This document shows, one piece after another, positions 60,738-64,000 of a stretch of DNA of 64,000 bases. Under the pieces are notes generated by a model that saw only the letters and a list, made by a program, of their open reading frames with translations, had not been told where the DNA came from and searched no databases. How positions within the stretch are numbered: position 1 is the first letter of the stretch; each line of letters opens with the position of its first letter. The stretch is from NCBI GenBank assembly GCA_964019335.1, contig OZ025696.1, positions 434,001 to 498,000 on the forward strand, in the 5' to 3' direction. Both the position numbers and the translations under genes were made by a program. Origin of the DNA: Diplonema japonicum. Lineage: Eukaryota; Protista; Euglenozoa: Diplonemea.

Positions 60738-62702
60738 GTCCTATTCACATTTTTTTCTTTTCCTCTTTCTACTGTTCTTTTTTTTTTTTTCTTTTTTTTT
60801 TCTTGAACCCTAAGTTCAGGGATATGCTCAAAACCAACCCCCTTTAATTTGAGAAAGCCCAAGGCCTATCATTTAGGGGGAAAAGTCATCAGACCTGTCC
60901 CCAAGGCTTCATGACCCCAATGTATAAGGACTGTTGGGAAGAGCAGCAAGAGGATCCCCAGTAGGAGTGAAAGGCATTTAAAACATGGGGGCGAAAACTT
61001 GGGGGGCTCAAGGCTAGCACACGTTTTTTTGCAGTTTTTAAAGCAGAAAAGAAAAAAATGACAACAGGTTTATAAATAAATAAAGAAGAAGAAAAATATA
61101 GACATTTAGGATTTGCGTGTACACACTCACCCAGCGAGTCTTGCGGCTTTAAAAAAAGAGGGTGGGAGTGGGGGTGGTTCTTCCACATGAGAGGAATTGG
61201 GACAGAAGGCACCTCACACATGGGGCATGGAAAACTCCAAATACTCATGGCCTGACCTGCTAAGGTCATTTGAAGAGGTGCACTTGTCCCATCTTCTTGT
61301 TGGTTTCATCTCCGTGTGTAAGCAGGTGCGGACACCACAGTAACCTTGGTGTGTTCGCAAGCAGCAAAAAAAGGGGGAAATAAAAAAAAATTAAAGGGGG
61401 AGAAAGAATGAGAAGAGCTAGCCTTTCCTTTTTTTTTTTTTTTTTTTTTTTTTCTTCCAATTAGTTCTTAATGTATCATTGTGTACTGCAACGTTCTTTG
61501 AAAATTTTAATTTACGAACCCTTTTTTTTTTTTTTTTTTATTCTTCTTTTCTTTTTTTTTTTTTTTTTTTTTTCGCTTCATTTTTTTTTTCGTTCTTTTT
61601 CTCAAAACTGCAAAGAGAAATACTGGTATTATCAAGGGTGGTCGCTTTTCACTGTGGGGAGTAGCCAACCTTTAGAAAAAAAAAAGAAGAAAGAAGAAGA
61701 AGGAGACAAAAAAAAAAAGAAAAAGGGGAACGAGGAGTGGAACTTTATTTTTATTTATTTTTTTTTCTTTTTATTTTTTTTTTTTTCTTTTGCTTAAATT
61801 GTGTTTTAAAATATCCTGCTTCCCTGGCCTCGGATAAAAAAAGAAAATGGGGTTGGGGAAGGGGGCGAGAGGAAAGGGTGAATAACCTTGCATTATTAAC
61901 AGCAGACAAGGAAAAGAAAACAAGTAAACAAGAGTGAAAGGGGTGGAGCGGGGAGAAAGTTAAGGGGGTGGCTGGACATGTTTGTTGTACATTCTTTCTT
62001 GCACTTCTGTGCTCCAAACAAGCAAAACAACTTTTTTTCCGTTTTCTTTTCTTTTTCTGGAGGTTTCATCACAAACTTGCATGTCCACAGCCTTAAGCGC
62101 GTTAATGCCTACAAGGATCGCTTTTTCTTTTTTTTTTTTTTTAAATTACCACTGGTTTACCAAGGGAGGGATGAGCTCTCTCCTTTCATTACTCAATCCA
62201 TACGATCCATGCAAGAAAAAAAGAAGAGGAGGAGGAAGAAGGGGGAGGGGGATTTCCCATTTATTTTCTGTTCTTTTTCTCGGGGTTAAAACACCCTTTG
62301 CTCTCAAACCGGTAGACCCCAGAAGAAGCAAGAACCCTGTGGTAACAGGAGAAAGAAAAGAAGAAAAAAAAAGAAAATAATATGTTTTCTCTGTTAGGGT
62401 CCAAAGACCTAGTTCTGTGTGTCTTCTCTCTCTTCCGGGGCTTGCGGGCTTTGAGCAGGTGTCGCTTTGTTGTAAACCTCTTAGTTATTTTCAGGTAAAA
62501 GGGTACGTGAAAAGTAAAAAAAAGAGATATAAAAAGGTATCGAAATACTTTTTTTTCCGGGCACGTAAGAGGTTTACAGCATTGCTTTTTTTTTTTTTTT
62601 TTTTTTTTTTCTTTCTTTTTTGGAAAACAAAAAGCAGGCATGTGAGTGTTGCATGCTCAGGGGGGAGGGGGTAAATTAAATACGAGAAACGAGATAAATT
62701 CA

Positions 62703-62756
62703 AGGGAGGAGGGAGGAGGGAGGAGGGAGGAGGGAGGAGGGAGGAGGGAGGAGGGA
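62703..62756. repeat. (GGGAGGA)n heptamer repeat
   Basis: Direct reading. Confidence 0.85.
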
Positions 62757-62984
62757 GAAGGAGAAGGAAAAGAAAAGGCCGATATAAATAAAAAGGAGGG
62801 ATAAAATCCTGAGAAGGGCTAGGCCGACACTACAGAGAGGTCTTGCAGCCATGGCAATTCTCATTGTAAACAAGCCCTTAGCTTCATCTTTAAAAAAAGG
62901 GGGGGGGGGCGAGGAAAAAAAGGGGGGAAGGAAAAGGAAACCCTCTTCTAACAGAGAAATACTCACTGTTACTGCCTGTCCTTC

Positions 62985-63016
<32 letters not shown>

Positions 63017-63113
63017 CCTTCTTGCAACAAGGGCCAAGGCGTAATCACGAGAACTTACTCTAGCAGAAACATGAAAAGCCCTTCTTTTTCCTTTTTTTTT
63101 TTTTTCCCTTCTT

Positions 63114-63815
63114 TTAATTGCAGCAAGTCGGTTCTGAGGTCGACTTCTTGGGAGCTTCATCATCATTGCCTGATGCCTTCTTGCTCAAAAAGAAGTGGAG
63201 GTAGGCTTGCCAAGCCAGCCAGCCCAGCCACAAGCCAAAAACAACGGCTAAGAAAAGCCCAACATTCATTGTCATTGCAATCAACATAAGGAAGTACCCA
63301 AGGGTGATACAGAACAGCATCAGGAAGGCACGGAAGGGGAAGGGCATCTCGACCTCACGAGCCACATTGTTTGTGAAGCCGCAGATGGCGCCGGCAATGA
63401 GAGTGAAGATGACGGCAAAGGCATACATCCCTTCAGAGGTGACCTTCCACTCGTCAAAGAGGATAGTCGTTCGGTGCGAGTTGTAGAAGGTCATGGGTGC
63501 CATCTCCATGAGATGTGCAGCACCTGGGGTGGGGGTGCCTCCTGCCTCCACTGAGTTCATGCAATGGCCCATTCTGACACTCCAGTCACACTTCTCGCAG
63601 TTGCTGGTCTGACCTGCACACATATCCATCTCCATCATGCACTCCCCCTTGTCCATCTTGCACCCGTCCATTGCCATGCACATTGTGTGGTTGTGTGCGC
63701 TGCAGTCGTCCTCCATCGCCATGCACCTCCCACCGTGTGACATGCATTTCATGCAGTGCATCTTGTCCTTCTCGATGCAGGACGCCAAGACCGCTATGGC
63801 GAGCAAGGTCAGCAT
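63114..63815 (-). CDS. Ctr-family copper transporter
   Basis: Met/His/Cys-rich ectodomain, MTFY...ILFDEW, MLIAM (MxxxM) in TM2, GLWLG (GxxxG) in TM3, C-terminal CCN. Confidence 0.92.
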   Translation of the reverse strand: MLTLLAIAVLASCIEKDKMHCMKCMSHGGRCMAMEDDCSAHNHTMCMAMDGCKMDKGECMMEMDMCAGQTSNCEKCDWSVRMGHCMNSVEAGGTPTPGAAHLMEMAPMTFYNSHRTTILFDEWKVTSEGMYAFAVIFTLIAGAICGFTNNVAREVEMPFPFRAFLMLFCITLGYFLMLIAMTMNVGLFLAVVFGLWLGWLAWQAYLHFFLSKKASGNDDEAPKKSTSEPTCCN

Positions 63816-63950
63816 TTTCTTTTTTTTTTTTTTTTTTTTTTTTGTGTTGGTAGTTAACAGTCTTGTTGTAGCATTCTCGATAAAAAGCAGCTGGGATTTT
63901 GTAAGAATAACTGAAGAAGTAGTAAGAAAAAAAGAAATATATATATGAGT

Positions 63951-64000
63951 TAAAGGAGGCCGGTGTTGGTGGTGCCCTGCACAAGAACTGTCTACTTGAT
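63951..64000. repeat. Unclassified dispersed repeat, copy 3 (truncated by window edge)
   Basis: aaaggaggccggtg...ccctgcacaag matches 27334-27364; gaactgtctacttgat matches 34811-34826. Confidence 0.7.

Overview
Eukaryotic protist DNA, probably Euglenozoa and diplonemid-like. This is an inference from apparently intron-free genes all on the minus strand, TPAP-rich surface proteins and trypanosomatid-type receptor adenylate cyclases. The window holds about 17 genes: a tandem CAP/SCP protein running off the left edge, a bacterial-type ArsC with an NLS, two pectin acetylesterase/Notum-family hydrolases, a tandem duplication of [4-TM protein + membrane astacin], a conserved hypothetical protein, a CobW/ZNG1 GTPase, a compact REV1, three Bmp-domain receptor adenylate cyclases, discoidin-BTB, a GDPGP1/VTC2-like HIT enzyme, a repeat/coiled-coil protein and a Ctr copper transporter. 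Intergenic DNA is dense with mobile-element relics: piggyBac, pogo, hAT and a TIR element carrying a tRNA-Asp-like cassette. Two things stand out. (1) A dispersed repeat (3 copies) carries a hammerhead ribozyme core whose strands are in a non-circularly permuted order, supported by compensatory base changes between copies. (2) Five Crypton-like elements share an inverted-repeat body plus a terminal palindrome, and three of them retain complementary fragments of a tyrosine recombinase. All calls come from reading motifs by eye; no searches or folding programs were run.
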